64,000 bases of DNA from Glaucostegus cemiculus. Lineage: Eukaryota. A program made the translations under genes and the position numbers. Shown in pieces: positions 34,001 to 48,624 of the stretch. Below the pieces are notes generated by a model that searched no databases, was not told the DNA's origin, and worked only from the letters and a program-made list of their open reading frames with translations. The stretch's first letter is position 1, and the number at the start of each line of letters is the position of its first letter. The DNA lies in assembly GCA_976551045.1 (NCBI GenBank), contig CDPCPM010000091.1, forward strand, positions 7,130,001 to 7,194,000. The letters run 5' to 3'.

Positions 34001-36387
34001 AACGCATACACGTTTCCCTTTGGTCTATTTAATAACCCTTCAAGTAATAAGCTAACACATTATGGGAGCAGAATTAAGTTGTATGACACACCATAATGTA
34101 TCATGATTCTTGCTATTGTTTTTGCAATTATAGGATATAATGTCAGAATAATCACAGTAGAGCAAGAGTCACCTCATGGTTGGATATCCAAGCAATAATT
34201 GCTAAAGAGACTTGAAGCTTGTGCATTGATTAAACATAATTCAGACAAGGAGACACAAGCTATTGCTGTTTTGATCATGTGAGGAATAAGGTTACATTAA
34301 ACCCTAGATTAGTGCTAGAATTTGAATGTCATTCTAGAACATGTTTTACATGCTCTGCAGTCTCAGAAGTGTTTACAATTGTATCAATGATAGATTCTCC
34401 AAATGTCGGGCACTGTGTTGCAACAATCCTTGCTAATTCACAACTTTCAGAGTCCACATTATTGCTGTTGCTTGAAAACAGTCAGTTAAAGAAATAATTT
34501 GAAACGAGAAGCAAGTATTTTGAGTCTATAACAAAAACTCTAGTCAGCAATAATTAACATTCCCCCAGCCCAATGGAGCTATTGAACAGATAAGCCGACA
34601 CACAACTGCCTTCAATTTTCATTGATTTAGCAGGACAAAAAGAAACAATTTATAATGAAATGCTATTGTCATTATGATGAACAAGTTTCTGCACAGTCTG
34701 GAGACAACACACATTCTGACTGTATTTGGTGCTTTGAGTTGTACTTTTAACATGGTTTTCCACGGATTATTTTACACTTTGCCAACATGAAAACCACCAC
34801 AACTTTACCATTATGAGTACCTACAGCAATACTACTTCACTATTAGATCAATGACTTACATTTGCAAGTTCCTGCATTTACAATCTCGATAAAATCTAGT
34901 GCAAGTTGCAAACACTTACAACTTTAGTAGATTCTATATTTAGGAAAATTAGATTTTTAATAAGTTAATGGATGAGAAAAACACTTTAATATTTTGACTA
35001 ATATGTTTAAAAAGGGTCAACAAAGCATTAGCCACTATAGACTAATTGAAGATACAAAGAATTAAACAGAATAGGATACCATTTATCACATGGCATTTCT
35101 GCTGCCTCTTAGAAGTGTTTCCCATTTTGTACGATTTCACTACCCTTTTTGGCTTCAATGTTTCAAATACCGAGCTACTTTTGTTTTAGAAGCAACAATG
35201 GAGTCTCTTACACCATTGTTCCTGATTAGACTCATTTTTGTCCCAACAACTCTGCATAAAAGAAATTGCCTTTAATATCTTGGTGATCATTCCAATTTTT
35301 ACCCAGTGGACGTACTTTCTTCATATCCATCTCAACAAACCCGTGTCCAACTTTGAACACCTTTCTATTTTTTGGATCTCTTCATAATTGTATATTTAAT
35401 TAAAAAAAAGATGGTCATCTGCAGAGTCAGTGTATGCAGAGACTACATTGGTATTGGAAAAATCCAGCATCTCAGTTCATGGTCAAGCTTTATGATATAG
35501 ATTCATACCTATAGGAGGTCCTTCAACCGACTGAGTCCACGCTGACCATCAAACACCCATTTACACTAATCCCATTTTCTTCTCCCTATATTTATTCCTA
35601 CTTATCCAGGCAGACTTTTTCTTAAGCCAGTTTGGTGTTAGAAGTGAATGATATGATATAGGCATGCCTCAAAATTTGAGTTATGAATTTGCATTATAAT
35701 GCACTGGGGTACATGTCTTTGAACAAAAAGTTCTTAATGCATTTTGCCTGGCCTTTTCAATTTACAAAATTAAGGAAAGGCTATGTTATCTGTCTTGTAA
35801 TGCTCTATGTAGCTGAACTATTTTATTAGTAACACAGCCAAAAGGAAACACCTCTGACACCCAAAAAACTTGGAGGACAATTAATGCACAATTGTACAAC
35901 ACTGAACTGTATCATTATTCAAGAAAATATAAGAAGTAAATGTAATCTTGCACTAGAATTTGGACTTAAACAAAAATAACAGTATTCATTAATGGGTTCC
36001 ATAAGCCAGCCTGCCTGGTAATTCAGAATGCAGATGCATGTCAGAAAAATAGGGAGTAATTCTTAATATCTTTATCTATTGGAACAATTATTGAGTCATG
36101 GTGCACGTTTACTTAAAAGGCAGAGAATCTGTTGCAGTGAAGAACTCTTCCAGGGCAATATAAAGGATTTCACTGCTTGAATGAAGAATTTTAATTACAG
36201 ATTTTAATGAAGCTTGCAATGAAATAAAAGCAACCGTTTGCAATGAGGAAGTGCACACATCTCAGCTCAGTCTGGACTTACAGTTGTTATTGTTTTGACA
36301 CATTTTAATATTATCAGCTTCAAGTTTGGGATAAGTTAGATAAATCCTAACTCAGAATTTGGAGAACTATCACAGCTTGAGGTGTAT

Positions 36388-36660
36388 AAGACATGATAAG
36401 GTATCTTTATTAGTCACATGTACATCAAAACACACAGTGAAATGCATCTTTCTGGAGGCAGCCCACAACTGTCGCCACACTTCCGGCGTCACAGCTTCCT
36501 AACTCATAAGTCTTTGGAATGTGGGAGGAAACCAGAGCACCCGGAGGAAACCTGTGCAGACATGGGGAGAAAATACAAACTCCTTACAGACAGTGGCCGG
36601 AATTGAACCGGGATCACTGGCGCTGTAAACGCGTTACGCTAACTGCTACACTACCGTGCC
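36388..36660 (-). mobile_element. V-domain tRNA-SINE, near full length
   Basis: 5' end ggcacggtagtgtagcagttagcg (A-box), B-box ggttcaattcc, V-domain, tail aataaagatac. Confidence 0.9.
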
Positions 36661-36979
36661 TGTGTATGTGCAAAGTGAAAAGGATTTAAACATGCAACAT
36701 GATCTACAAAGATCCATAATGTCTGACAAAACTTGGTATTTTTCTCCCTAAGCAATCATTTATTTGAAAGGAAGGCTGTGGCTATGGATTTCTAGGATAT
36801 ATTGAGAACCTGCTTGTTATTTTGCAGAATGTGTCTCTCTGAATTGCTGACCACAGAGCTTCTATTTATGTGCTAGGTGGTGGTCCCTTATTTCAGTTCT
36901 GAAGGCACGTATGTGGCGCAATACTTCCGCAGGTATTTACTTACAAGCCTGTTCTCCCAAGAGGCTGTTCACGACTTTT

Positions 36980-37345
36980 GGGTGGCAAGTGGTGCTGCTA
37001 GTAGGGCTGCCACTCCTCAATTCCAACAGTTCAAGTTCAATCCTGACCTCCAGTGCTGTCAATATGGAGATTGCATGTTCTCCCTGTGCCCAAGTGGGTT
37101 CCCTCCATGTGCTCCAGTTTCCTCTCACATCCCACAGATTGGGAAGGTTAACTGGCCACTGTAAGCTGCCACTAGTGGGTACACGAGTGGTAAGAATGTG
37201 GATGCAGTTGATTGGACCATGGAGAAAAAAAAACCAAAAATTTGTATGGGATTGGTATAGTTTTAGCATAAATGGATGCTTGTTGGTCAGTATGGAGTCA
37301 GTGAGCCAAAGGGTGTGTTTCCAAACTGTACGACTTTATGACTAC
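36980..37345 (+). mobile_element. V-SINE with CR1 tail (HE1-like)
   Basis: gttcaatcctgacctccagtgctgtc..tggagattgcatgttctccctg..tgggttccctcc; tail gagccaaaggg.gtgtttcc...ctttatgact. Confidence 0.8.
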
Positions 37346-37384
37346 AGAGGTTGCTATCCTTTCCTGCACTTCTGTGCACGTGCC

Positions 37385-38592
37385 AGGATAAGAGGTCAGC
37401 TTCCAATGGAGGAGAGACAGCACGGATTTGTTAAAGGCAAACGGTGTTTGACCATCCTGAATGAATTTTTCAGAGAAGGAACATAGAAGATTGATGAAGG
37501 GATTGTAGTAGGTGTATCCTGAATGACTTTCTGGAACGCATTAGGCAAAACCCACATAAAGGCTGTTTAGCAAAAACACTGGCCCATGGCATAACAGAAT
37601 CCAGCAGTAACAGATCTAAACCTGACTTAAAGTTTGAAAACAAACAGTCATCACGAACAGGCAATTTCAAACTAGAGAACAGTGTTTCTCAGGGATGAAC
37701 GCTTGGAATGTTATATCTTTTAATGCCTTGGATATGGATATGCAAAGTAGAATTTCATAAGTTACTGATGACCTATAACTCAGATGTGGTAAAAAGTGAA
37801 GGGAAAAGTAATAGACATCAGGTTGACGTAGATAACCTTGTGGGTTGAGCAGACAACTAGCGAGTGACATTTAATATCAACCAGGGTAAAGTGATATGGT
37901 ACAATAAAAATGAGGAGAGGCAACAGAATAGCAGAGGTCTGATTGTTATGGAGCTACAAAGGGATCTTTATATATTTATGTATAAACCTTTGCAAGTAGC
38001 AGAACATGTTGAGAAAATGATTGGTAAAGTATATGGGAGCCTGGGCTTCATAAATAGAGGCCATTAAGAATAAACGCACAAAGGTTATGTTGAACATTAA
38101 GCAATGGCTAGGCCAGAGTTTGCCCAACTTTGGTCACTATTCTTGAGGAACATTAAGGCCCCAGAGAGGGTACAGAAGAGATTTACTTGAGTGGTTTCAG
38201 GGATGAAGGATTTCAACTACCATCTTAGGTTAGAGAATCTGGGGATGTCCTTCATGGAGCAAAGAAAGTTAAAAGGAGATTTAATAAAGGTGTGCAAAAT
38301 CACTGTTGGCCGTGATAGTTTGGAGAGAAGCCTTTCCCATTAGCGGATGGTTCAAGAACCAGAGGACATTGTCTCAAAGCACTGGGCAAAAGATACTGGA
38401 AGATTTTCATTAAAAATCAGAGTGGTTCTGATCCAGAACTCACTTCTTGCAAGGGTGATGGATACAGAATTGATCAGTTTTCTAGAGGAAGTTGGGCAGT
38501 TACTTGTACTTGAAACATAATTTGCAGAACAATGAGTTAGCTTATCACAGAGCTAGCAAGGACTCAATGGGCCAAATGGTATCTTCCTCACA
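37385..38592 (+). mobile_element. CR1 LINE RT/3' remnant
   Basis: ERQHGFVKGKRCLTILNEFF (CR1 SQHGF..GKSCLTNL), KVYGSLGFINRG, terminal ctcaatgggccaaatgg. Confidence 0.85.
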
Positions 38593-40249
38593 AATAATAA
38601 TGCAGTGAAAGGCGAGTTGTTTCTGAATCTATGTGTTAGAACCCCGCCATCTCATGCAATAATAGAACCACCATTCTACTATTGTTTCTTGTGACAAAGC
38701 AAACACTTGTTGAGCAGATCACACTCATGGAGTATTTACTCTCTGTTTCACAGATTGAAATTAATAAGCAGCTCAGCAGAGACCCTGCTAGACTAGACTA
38801 TGTTCAGTGACAATCAGCCATTCTTCAGAAAACAGTTTTTAGCTTTGAACTTTTGAGTTATGAATACTGTGAATTATGGCCCATGACCAAATTATTCCCA
38901 ATGATCAACTTTGGCAAGGGGTCACACAGTGAAATCCGACATTGAAGGTAATCCCAAAGGTTACTCTGCAAGAGTAGTAAAATAATATTATTGCTGACTG
39001 GGTAATCTAAAAAGGTACGAGCCAAATGGAATGCTGCCTGTTGTGGAACACGGGAGAGTAACTGCAACCTTTAGCCAACTGGGAAAGGGGAAAAAAATAA
39101 ATAGACGTTGATGTTATTTTGCAGGATGCCATTATAAAGATTTTACTTGGCAGAGCATCAAATTAATATTCTGACTTCTGAGAGTTCTTTACAGAACATG
39201 AAGTAGTTGGATTTGTTTAAGATCTCATTCCAGGTTCACAAGTGATAAGGCAATTGGACCTCCAATATGGTGTGTGCTCATTCACTGTACAGGGCATACT
39301 TCCTCCTTATTCTTGTGACTAATTGAAAGATTTCCTTCATTCAGTGCTCAACACAATGATAAGACATAAAACCGGGAAAGACAAAAGCATTCAGAACTGC
39401 AGAACTAGAACATTTGCATGTACTTTCAGATAAAGAATTAATTAGTACTTGAGGAGATAAGAGTCATTTGAGTTAAAATGTTTTATTTTAGGCACACAAT
39501 AATCATCTTAAGACTTGGTAATTGCATAATAATTCTCATTTCCCTCTGCACAGTGGGTGTTTTCTCAGCAAATCATGTTTGAGGCTCTCAATGACACTTT
39601 GCATACTTTTATGAATAAACATCTCATAAACCCTCTGTGCTGAGCAAACTCTATCTGAAGGAGAACTGAGACTTGATTCCAGGGCAGTCAGACTCTGTGA
39701 AAACTGCTTACTGTGCACCTTTGTTCTTGTCTATCTGCTGCCTCTTCTCCCACCGTTTAAATTCCTCTTTGGCGCAGTGTAAAACTAACTACTAATTAAC
39801 TGCTGGTGTAAAATGCCAGTGCTGAACTCTCCTGCCTTCCCCCCACCCCCACCCTCCCACTCTCTCCCCACCTTTAAACCCCATATGCTTGCCTGTGGGT
39901 TTTCCTCAATGAGAACAGATCTTGTAAATTTAGCTTTCAAGCACTTGGGCTTCTCTGGATATCATGTTCCTAAACAAGACTGCACACCACGACACAGTTC
40001 CCAGTTACTTAATTTTTAAAAAAAATACATACTGTACCTCTGACCAGTTTCAGCTGCTGAGCCTGCGACTGGCTTACAATTTGCCTGTTGCATTTCAGAC
40101 TGGTCCACGGCAGGAGCGTCACTTGCCTGAGTCTGAGTCTCAGGCTGACCTCCAACTGGCCGTTTCTACTAAATTTGGTTCTGCAGAGCTCCTTGAACTT
40201 CAAGTCTGAAGAAATCCTCAGTATGTGACCCTACAAATAGCTTCATTTG

Positions 40250-41650
40250 CCCACCAAACCCATTTACAAACATGGCAGACAGCTCATCAATATTCCACAC
40301 CGACTCCACCTACCTACATCAACTGTACCCCACCCACCACAATAAATCACTGACCTTAACTCTGGGCTCCCTCCCCTCTATTCCCAGTTCACTATCAGCA
40401 AACTAGTGACTTGCTTTTGTTTTTAAACAGAAACCAGTCCTGTATAATCAGTGTTTTCCATTTATGTACCGTTTGGTTGCCAGTCCAGACCTGAGCTCAT
40501 CCTTTCCAAGATTAATTTTTAAAAAAATAAAAATCACCTATACTCTTGGCTGTTGTTATGTGCTTTCATTTCCTCCTTCTTGAGGCCTCTGCTCTCCCAT
40601 TTTCCTACCCTTCTTTCCTCTTCAAAGCTTTCCAGGCTGCTGATATTTCCTCAGGCTTGACTCTCACTTCCACTTTCTCCTTATGCCTTTCTTGATGTCA
40701 TCCAAAAGTCCCATTGAAGCCTCCCCATAAGCAGTTATCCCACCTGTGTCACCCTAGTCTTTGGCCAGCTCCTTGGCCTGCAGGCACCAGCGTGACCATC
40801 TTCATCCCACACTCTGCCAGTGCTGCAGTCACCCCCTCTCTCCACTTCCACAACATCTGCTCACTTCTGAATTAAGACCCTTGCTACAAACAATGTGGCC
40901 TTGACCAGATGCTGGCCAGTGGTAATAAGCTACTGTGCTGATTACGTGTCTTCAAGCGGTTACACATTCAATCATTTGCCCTGCCCAGTCCATCTTGATT
41001 CATCCCCAAGGTCATCCTTTGAGCAGCTCCTCTTGCTCCACCCATCTCGTCTCTCATTTAAAATGTTCTTTTTTCTGGTCTCTCTAATATAATAAACATT
41101 TCATCACAATTACATTGATTTCTTTCCTCTTGCACTCACGGCACCGAGAAATTTCTCATCCTCAGCGATTTCAGCCTCAATATAAATTTCTGCTCTTCTC
41201 CAAGTTCACTGTTCTCCCAGCCTCCCTTAATCTCTCCATATGAGCATTCCCATCCCACAACCTCAGCCAATCGTTGACCTCGCCTTCTCAGATACCATCC
41301 ATTCTCCCACTCAGTCACGATTGCGGCCTGCAAAGATTGCTTCCTTGTATTGCTTGCTGCCCACATTTTCCTTTCCTGTCTCAACCCTCTTTCCGGTATC
41401 CACCCCAGAAAAATAACTTACCCAATTCACTCACTGTGGTGTTGTCAAAATCCCAACTGTGTAGCCTATGGCCCTCCACTTATCTCAAGATTCCTGCCGC
41501 TACTGTTCTCCTCAACCACATCTTCACTTCCAACGCTGCCATCCCTGACATCTTTAATATCATTACTTCCTCTCACAAAAGCCAGTCCCTACGATGTGGC
41601 TTCATTTCCATCCCCTTAAGTCCATGATTTGAATGGATGTGGTAGGCACA
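40250..41650 (+). mobile_element. Highly decayed Penelope-like RT remnant
   Basis: C-rich plus strand with traces such as gataccatccattctcccac..cgattgcgg..tgc (cf. IPFSQFLRLRRIC) and aaccacatcttc. Weak. Confidence 0.35.
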
Positions 41651-41799
41651 AAGCAAAATAATGTGGACAATGAAAAACTAATATTAAAGTAAAGCTTATG
41701 TGTCCCCCACTGCAATCATCCCCCGAATCTATTGGTCTCCTTCAATTCACTCCACCCTCACAGTGTTATTTGAGAACACACCACCATTGTGCACAAGCA

Positions 41800-42480
41800 T
41801 GTTCATTGGCACCAATCTCATCCCCTCCACTTTCTGTAACTTGTGACAACTCAGCCAATATTCAGTCCAAGATAACAGCAATTTCCTCCCTGAATTGTTT
41901 TCACCCCCCCCGACACAAAATGTCCCCTCACTATCCAGCTTTACTCCTTTCAGAGGCATCTATCTGAAGTGAACCCAGGTTATTACCACCGGGATACCAT
42001 ATCCAACATGGAGGCAAGCTGTATCATTACCATCATCTACATCCACCTCCTAACACTGCCTGACTCAGTTCATCTGCTGTGGAAACCTCATCCACGTCCA
42101 GGTGCTGCTAGACCTGACTATTTCAATGCTTTCCTGGCCATCTTCCCTCATTACAATCTGAGTAAAACCAAGATTGTTCACCCATTACCCCTGTGCTTCA
42201 GGACCCAGTTAAAGAACCCCTGATTTTAAAATTCCCATCTTTTTTTAAACCACGTTCATATCTTTATCTTTGACCTCTGTGTGACTGGAGGTGATACCTG
42301 CACTCCTCCAACAACAAAAAGAAATTCACACTGCTGGAAGCTCAGGCTGCAAAATGGAACAACCCCAGGCTTTGGAATTCCCTCACTAAAATCCTGCACC
42401 TGTCTACCTCTGCTTTCCTCCTTTAAGATGCTTCTTAAAACCTCAATGCATTTTTTGTTGATAATGCTCCTGTGGTAACA
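41800..42480 (+). mobile_element. L2 LINE 3' remnant
   Basis: gaaacctcatccac..ctagacctgactatttcaatgctttcctggcc (ETLIH..RLDY.NA.LA), ttttaaaattc, tggaattccctc...tcctttaagatgcttcttaaaacc (WNSL...SSFKMLLKT). Confidence 0.75.
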
Positions 42481-42884
42481 GTCTATCATCTTGTTTTTTT
42501 GGACAAGTCTTGGATCACCTTTCAGAAGAAAAATCTGCTTATTATAAATGTCTATGTAATGGACTATGTAATGACCACCTTATCACACAGCAATGTGTGA
42601 AGCAGACTGGATAACACGTGTGGACAACGGCCTGGTACTCTCTCAAACTGGATTCTAACTAAAGCTGAATGACATTCTGCCTCGATCCACCTTTCTCTCT
42701 CTCTGGCACTTGTTGGGAGTCTTTATTGGCTGTTTAATTCCAATAGCACCCAGTAGACTGGGATTTTAGTACAAAGTCTTGAGGTTGAAAAGACAGCAAA
42801 ATAGAATCTGAACTGGACTAGTCTGAAACACAATCTGGCTACAAGAGAAGGACAGGGGCTATGAATCCTGCAGTGAGTAACTCA

Positions 42885-43388
42885 CCTTGTCCAGTATCTA
42901 CAAGGCTCAAGTCAGCAATGTGATGGAATACTTAATGGATAAGTGAAGCTTCAACAACACTCAAGAAGCTCAACAGCATACAGGACATAACAGCCTGCTT
43001 GATAGGCACCCCATCCATTCACTCACTGCACCACCGACGCACAGTAGCAGCAGTTTGTACCATCCACAGCATGTACTACAACAACTCACCAAGACTCCTC
43101 AGACAGCACCTTCCAAAACCACCACCTCTACCAGCTAGAAAGTGAAGGGAAGAAAAAGCAGGGGGACCACCGCCACCTGGATGTTGAGCCACACACCATC
43201 CTGACTTGGAAATATATCGCCGTTCCTTCACCGACAATGGGTCAAAATCTTGCAACTCTCTCCCTAGTAGCATTGTGGGGGAGGCAAGGACTGCAGCGGT
43301 TCAAGGCGGCAGCGCATCACCGCCTTCTCAAGGGCAATTAAATGCTGGCTCAGCTGTGAAGCCCACATCCCTCAAATGAATATGAAAA
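42885..43388 (+). mobile_element. RTE-X/jockey-like LINE 3' end
   Basis: SIYKAQVSNVMEY..WISEASTTLKKLNSIQD.TACLIG..., HHPDLEIYRRSF, QRFKAAAHHRLLKGN*. Confidence 0.8.
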
Positions 43389-45507
43389 AGGAAATGTCTT
43401 GCTGGTTCTACAGACAGTGCTCAGTGATGTTATGTATGAATTTATAGCCTGATGTGTTTCACACAATTTGTGTTTCATCTGACCCAAGAGCTTTCATTCT
43501 TTCATTGCCTGTAAAGGGGGAAATTCCACACTTGCCCTTGTTTGTTTATATTGCCACTATTTATTTTCATTGGAAGATATTTGGATCTGATACTATAGAC
43601 AAACTTGAAAGCTTGCTTACAGAGGGCCCTTGCCAACATAATTATTTAATTGGTGTGTACTACCAACTATAAAATGAATAAAACTTTAAGGGGAACTCCA
43701 CTTATTTTTAATCAAAGTCACCAGATCTGATTGCTTTCCAGAATGCTGTCCTTGCCATGCAGAAATGAGGCAGAAAAAATACGAAAAGCTTTACAAACTA
43801 ATGACACAACTAAGTTTTATGGAAGGAGGACGAAAAAAGAGAGGAAAAACAAAAGCACAGAAGTGGCTGGTAAGGGTGATTTTACACAATACATTGGTTT
43901 CTCTTTTACTGCCAAAGTTAAATGCTCCAGAATCTCAAAGAAGCCAGATTGTTAGAGTAATTAGAAATGTAAAGTGACCCAACATCAGCCACTTCATATG
44001 CCTGACGGAATTTGTGCAGCTTTGTGTTGCACTCCTTACAGAGAAACATTAGGACAATGCCGGAAGGATCCTGGACTTTTGACTTTTAGGGCAATGCTCT
44101 CTTCCACAAGTTGTTATGGCAAATTACAACATTTTCTACATAAAAGTGACACATTTCAGTGTATCAAAAATACACAGCAAAAAAAGGGATGGGTCAGCTA
44201 TAACCACCAAAGTGATGCATTTTAAAATAGCACAGAGTGATTGTTTTTCCTCCCAAAATGAATCTTGTTCTTTGTTGTCCTTAGCAAAGGTATAGCCACT
44301 TTTGTGTAATTGCTGGAAGCTTCTGCACTACTAGGGCTACGCTAAACCCACACGTCAGCAACAAGTGGCATAAACAATCCACTGCCAACAAAAGCAGCTA
44401 AATAACCGCACCAGACTACACCACAATGGCCAATTTCATACTTCTAAATGGCTTCCACAAAAAGCACGCCTGGCTACTGATTTCTGTCTGAACACTCATG
44501 ATTATAATACTTCTTTTCCTACATCAAACATGGGTTTCTACACATGCATGTATGAATAGGCTGCAGCAGGAGGTATTACCCACTGGAGACTATTTCCGCA
44601 AACTGATAAGGTTACGTTTATTTTAAGCTGACATCACAACAGCAACTTGTTCTGTCTACTTAGAGCTACACTCTGATAATGGCGTGGTGGCATCCTGAAC
44701 AACTGTAGTCTTGCCTCATTCTCCAATCTGCCCAGCATTGTTCCAAACTGTGACAAGCTGTTCAGCTGCATCTGAAACTCCACAACAGCCACACATTAAG
44801 TAGTTAATGTGCCTACTCATTTAAGTTTTAAGATCTAAAACTATTTTGCTAAAAGCTCTGCAAGACAGGAATGTTCAACTTCACCAAAAACGTTATAACT
44901 TTATTTAGCTGGACTTGCAGTTTGCCACCTCCTGTGTTCAACCTTGTTCCTTTCATTTTCTAGGGCCATCCAATACTGCTTAAAAAATTCGTAAAGCACG
45001 TCACATCCTAAAATGTGTGAATTTGTTTTAAATTCTATCCACTTGAATTGAGAAAAATATTGAGTGATACAAGTAATTAGTGACTTTATTGCCAACTTTG
45101 TTCTGGGACACCAGCTTCTATGAGCTAGCCTTAAGCATTTATTCTGCCACAACTAATTCCTTTACTCTGGTGGCAGTGAAATCAAACAGATTCAACATGT
45201 TAACAGCTGGCTCATGAATGCTGCTCTCCAATAACTTGAATTAAAGGGAGGCTAACAAAAAGATCTAAAGCACTGGTGACAGAAGATCCATTACCAGTGT
45301 GAATAGTCATAGGAATCATTTGAGGTGCCGGATGAATGGCACCACAGAAAAAGGGTATTACAATTTACTAGTCTTTCCTATAGTTTATTGACAACTAGAA
45401 AATGGCCCCGGTGACAATTCTGAAACATTAATCTTTTATTTCCTCCCGCTGATACTGACTGATTTGCTCTGCTTCTCACATTTTATGATCCTATGGTATC
45501 ACAATAA

Positions 45508-46125
45508 CATCCTATGGGATGTTAGCGTTTATTAATCGTGGGGCTGAGTTTAAGAGCCGCAAGGTGATGATGCTGCTTTACAAAACTCTAGTTAGACTGC
45601 ACTTAGAGTATTGTGTTCAGTTCTGGTCGCCACATTATAGGAAGGATGTGGAGGCGCTGGAGAGGGTACAGAGGCAATTTACCGGGATGATGCTTGGATT
45701 AGAGGGTATGGAATATGAGGAGAGGCTTAAGGTGCTAGGGCTCTACTCGTTGGAGAGGAGGAGGATGAGAGGGGACTTGATAGAGGTATATAAAATATTG
45801 AGGGGAATAGATAAGAGTTGATAGCCAGCGCCTCTTTCCCAGAGCACAGATGCTCAAGACGAGAGGGCATGGCTTTAAGGTATTGGGTGGAAAGTTCAGG
45901 GGAGATGTCAGAGGGAGGTTTTTCACCCAGAGAGTGGTTGGCGTATGGAATGCGCTGCCTGGGGTGGTGGTGGAGGCAGATCCATTGGACAGGTTCAAAC
46001 GATTGTTGGATAGGCACATGGAGGAATGTGGGATAGAGGGATATGTGGGAGGAAAGAGTTAGATCGTGTGAAATTTGATGGACGGAACAATTGTTTGTGG
46101 ATTGTTCTATGGTTCTATTGTGTTT
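45508..46125 (+). mobile_element. Young CR1 LINE 3' portion
   Basis: Near-intact YGMLAFINRGAEFKSRKVMMLLYKTLVRLHLEYCVQFWSPHYRKDVEALERVQR...RGRFFTQRVVGVWNALPGVVVEAD; (ttctatgg) tail. Confidence 0.95.
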
Positions 46126-48624
46126 TTTCTGAAGATTTTCAAGTATATTTGCTATTTTCACCTTTCAACACACAACTTTGAAAAGAGTCAAAATGTCACT
46201 ATTGTCCAGATCCTTCCACCCCAGAGGAGATTGTAGTTTTCTACAGCTTCAAAGGGGGTGGTGAAAATTGCTGGACCACCCTCTGTCAATTTCTACACCT
46301 ACTTGTACAATTCAAACCTCACTTTTGAAAATCAATTGCCGGAAATTAATTCTGCACCAGTTTTGAAGATGATCAGAATTTTGATCATTTTTTCTCTGTT
46401 CCACACAAAATATACAAGGGTATGCTTTCAATCTGCCAAATCCAATAAATTACTGTAAACATTTCTCTTTTAGTGCAAAGAAAAAATGGAATTCATTTTT
46501 AACATGACATCATGTAATGTTTGTTTAGAGTCAGAACTTTTGCCACTTCACTTCAAATGGAGCAGAAGCAATAAAGCATCTCCTGAAGTTTGCACAAACA
46601 TCATTGGAGGATTTAAACGTACCATTAGACAGTAGATCAAAACAGTGTATGAAAGTACAGGAATGTTGGTAGAGGTTGGGACTGGAATTCCGATTGACAA
46701 ACATGCACTTTCCAACATGGAAAACTATCAGGTGCAAGATCCCTGGTTTTATTTCCCCAAAGCTCCCTTGCTGAGGGACATTGACGCTAATTAATGAGCC
46801 CCTGTGGTGAAGCTGGCTAAGTGCAGACGAGGAATCAACATGGGTCTATACTGGTTCATGCCACATTGTCAGGGTTTAAAACCCAAGTCTAGATTTGGTC
46901 AAATTGTTAAGCAAGTAAACGGAAAAACCCACACTTCTTCAATAAATTATTTGTGCACAACACATTGGAGGATAAATATCCTCAGTCTGACTATTTAAGG
47001 AATCCTTTCATATATGTTCTTCACTGGAGAATCAAGTGACCCAAGCCTCGTGCAAGTTTACAAGCTTCCTTTTTGAACAATCAGAAACAGCACTACCTTC
47101 CAGTAACAGTAATCCAGTAAATCTGATTACTGATGCTCCAAGGAATCTACAATGACATAATAATCAGCCTGGTTTATATGTAGTTCCCAGCAAAGTAAAC
47201 TTGAGAAATATGAAGAGAATACAAATATAAAAAGATTAAAAAGCAATTAACAGCACAGAGTATACACACATTCCACTTACATTGGCACAAGTTCACTTGC
47301 ACTAAAGATAAATTGCTCCAACATCAGCAGATTCTTTGGACTATGCTGTAAAAGTGGTTGGACACTAATAATCAAATTGATTTATACTTGAAAATCATCA
47401 CAGGTTTAAGACAAGACATCCCAAGTGAAAGAGATTTTTGACACACAGCCATTTTAACATCTCCAAACTTTTTCAATGTTGCAGTTCAAAGACAGGAATA
47501 CTTGCACTAACTTTGCCATAACGCGACGTAAACTGTGTGTCACTGTGGCGTGATGCAGATTCACTTGACCTCTGCACAATGTTCCAAAACAAGAACATTA
47601 CACAGAAAATTGGGCACTGCAGAGGCAGGCAGGGGTTCATTATCATGGGAAGTAGCACACCAATGCCAAGAAATTCATTAATGTCATTTTACTGACACTA
47701 AAACAGTTAACAACTCCCCTAATGCAGTTTCAAAAGGCTGCTAGAGAAAGTTATAAAATTCATTAATACCAGTTTCAAAACTGTGCCAACAGGTTCTCTC
47801 AGATGTGACACTACTCTGCTTCAGCAACAGTGGGCATTATTGTTGAATCTCCTCCATTAGGAGCATCCTTCCTCACATATCTAACCCCAGGAAGTAGTTG
47901 CACAGCACAGCCAGATTTCCAGACTTAGAACAATACAAAAAAAGTCATTGGCAATTAACAAGGGTGGGCAACAATGATGGGAGACACTGCAAAGTCCTTC
48001 CAGGGTGCAAGAGTTCTGAAGAGCACTGAGCATAGGAGGCAGCCTCCATGTGTAAAGGGCATTCATGGAAGGAAGCTGCCTGGGAGGTGTCTCTAGGGTC
48101 AGAAGCCCCCTCTACCTGCGCTTTTGCCAGCCTTACACTGTAGTCAGATGCTACTTCCAGACATGAATGCAAAAGCCACGTTCCTCGTAAATGGAAGATT
48201 CCTCAAGCTAACCACCAAGGTTTTCTTGACTTCTGCAACACAGCAGAGAGAAGCAAAATGTTATTTGAGGCATTCATCAGTGACAGAGACACCGACTTAC
48301 AGAGAACATGCAAATGCCGCATGTGACATTTTGCTGCCCTGCTGCTTTACGGAAGTGAAGAGAAGATGTACCAGCAAAGTTAGGTTTGATGAATGTGACT
48401 TTTCCATCCACACATGGAAGGGGAATTTGGCTGCAGTACAAGGCTGACGAAGGTGCAGGCACTAAGGCTATTACCAACAACTCTGCGGCAACAAATGCCT
48501 TTTTCTACTTTTATCATTTCTCTTCTGATGAATTCGAGCCATTTCTCTTTTTGCAGCATTCCTTTGGCATTTCTGGACATTTACTTCTGAGAGAGAACCC
48601 TTTGAAAGAAGCTGATGGCTTAGC

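Noticed and set aside
36580-36660. tRNA-like A/B boxes
   Set aside because: SINE heads, not tRNA genes: no complete cloverleaf, and continuous with the V-domain body.
36911-37486. 191-aa plus-strand ORF
   Set aside because: Chance read-through of a V-SINE into a CR1 fragment.
45519-46062. Protein-like ORFs of 100 and 70 aa
   Set aside because: C-terminal part of CR1 ORF2 in a 5'-truncated copy, not a host gene.
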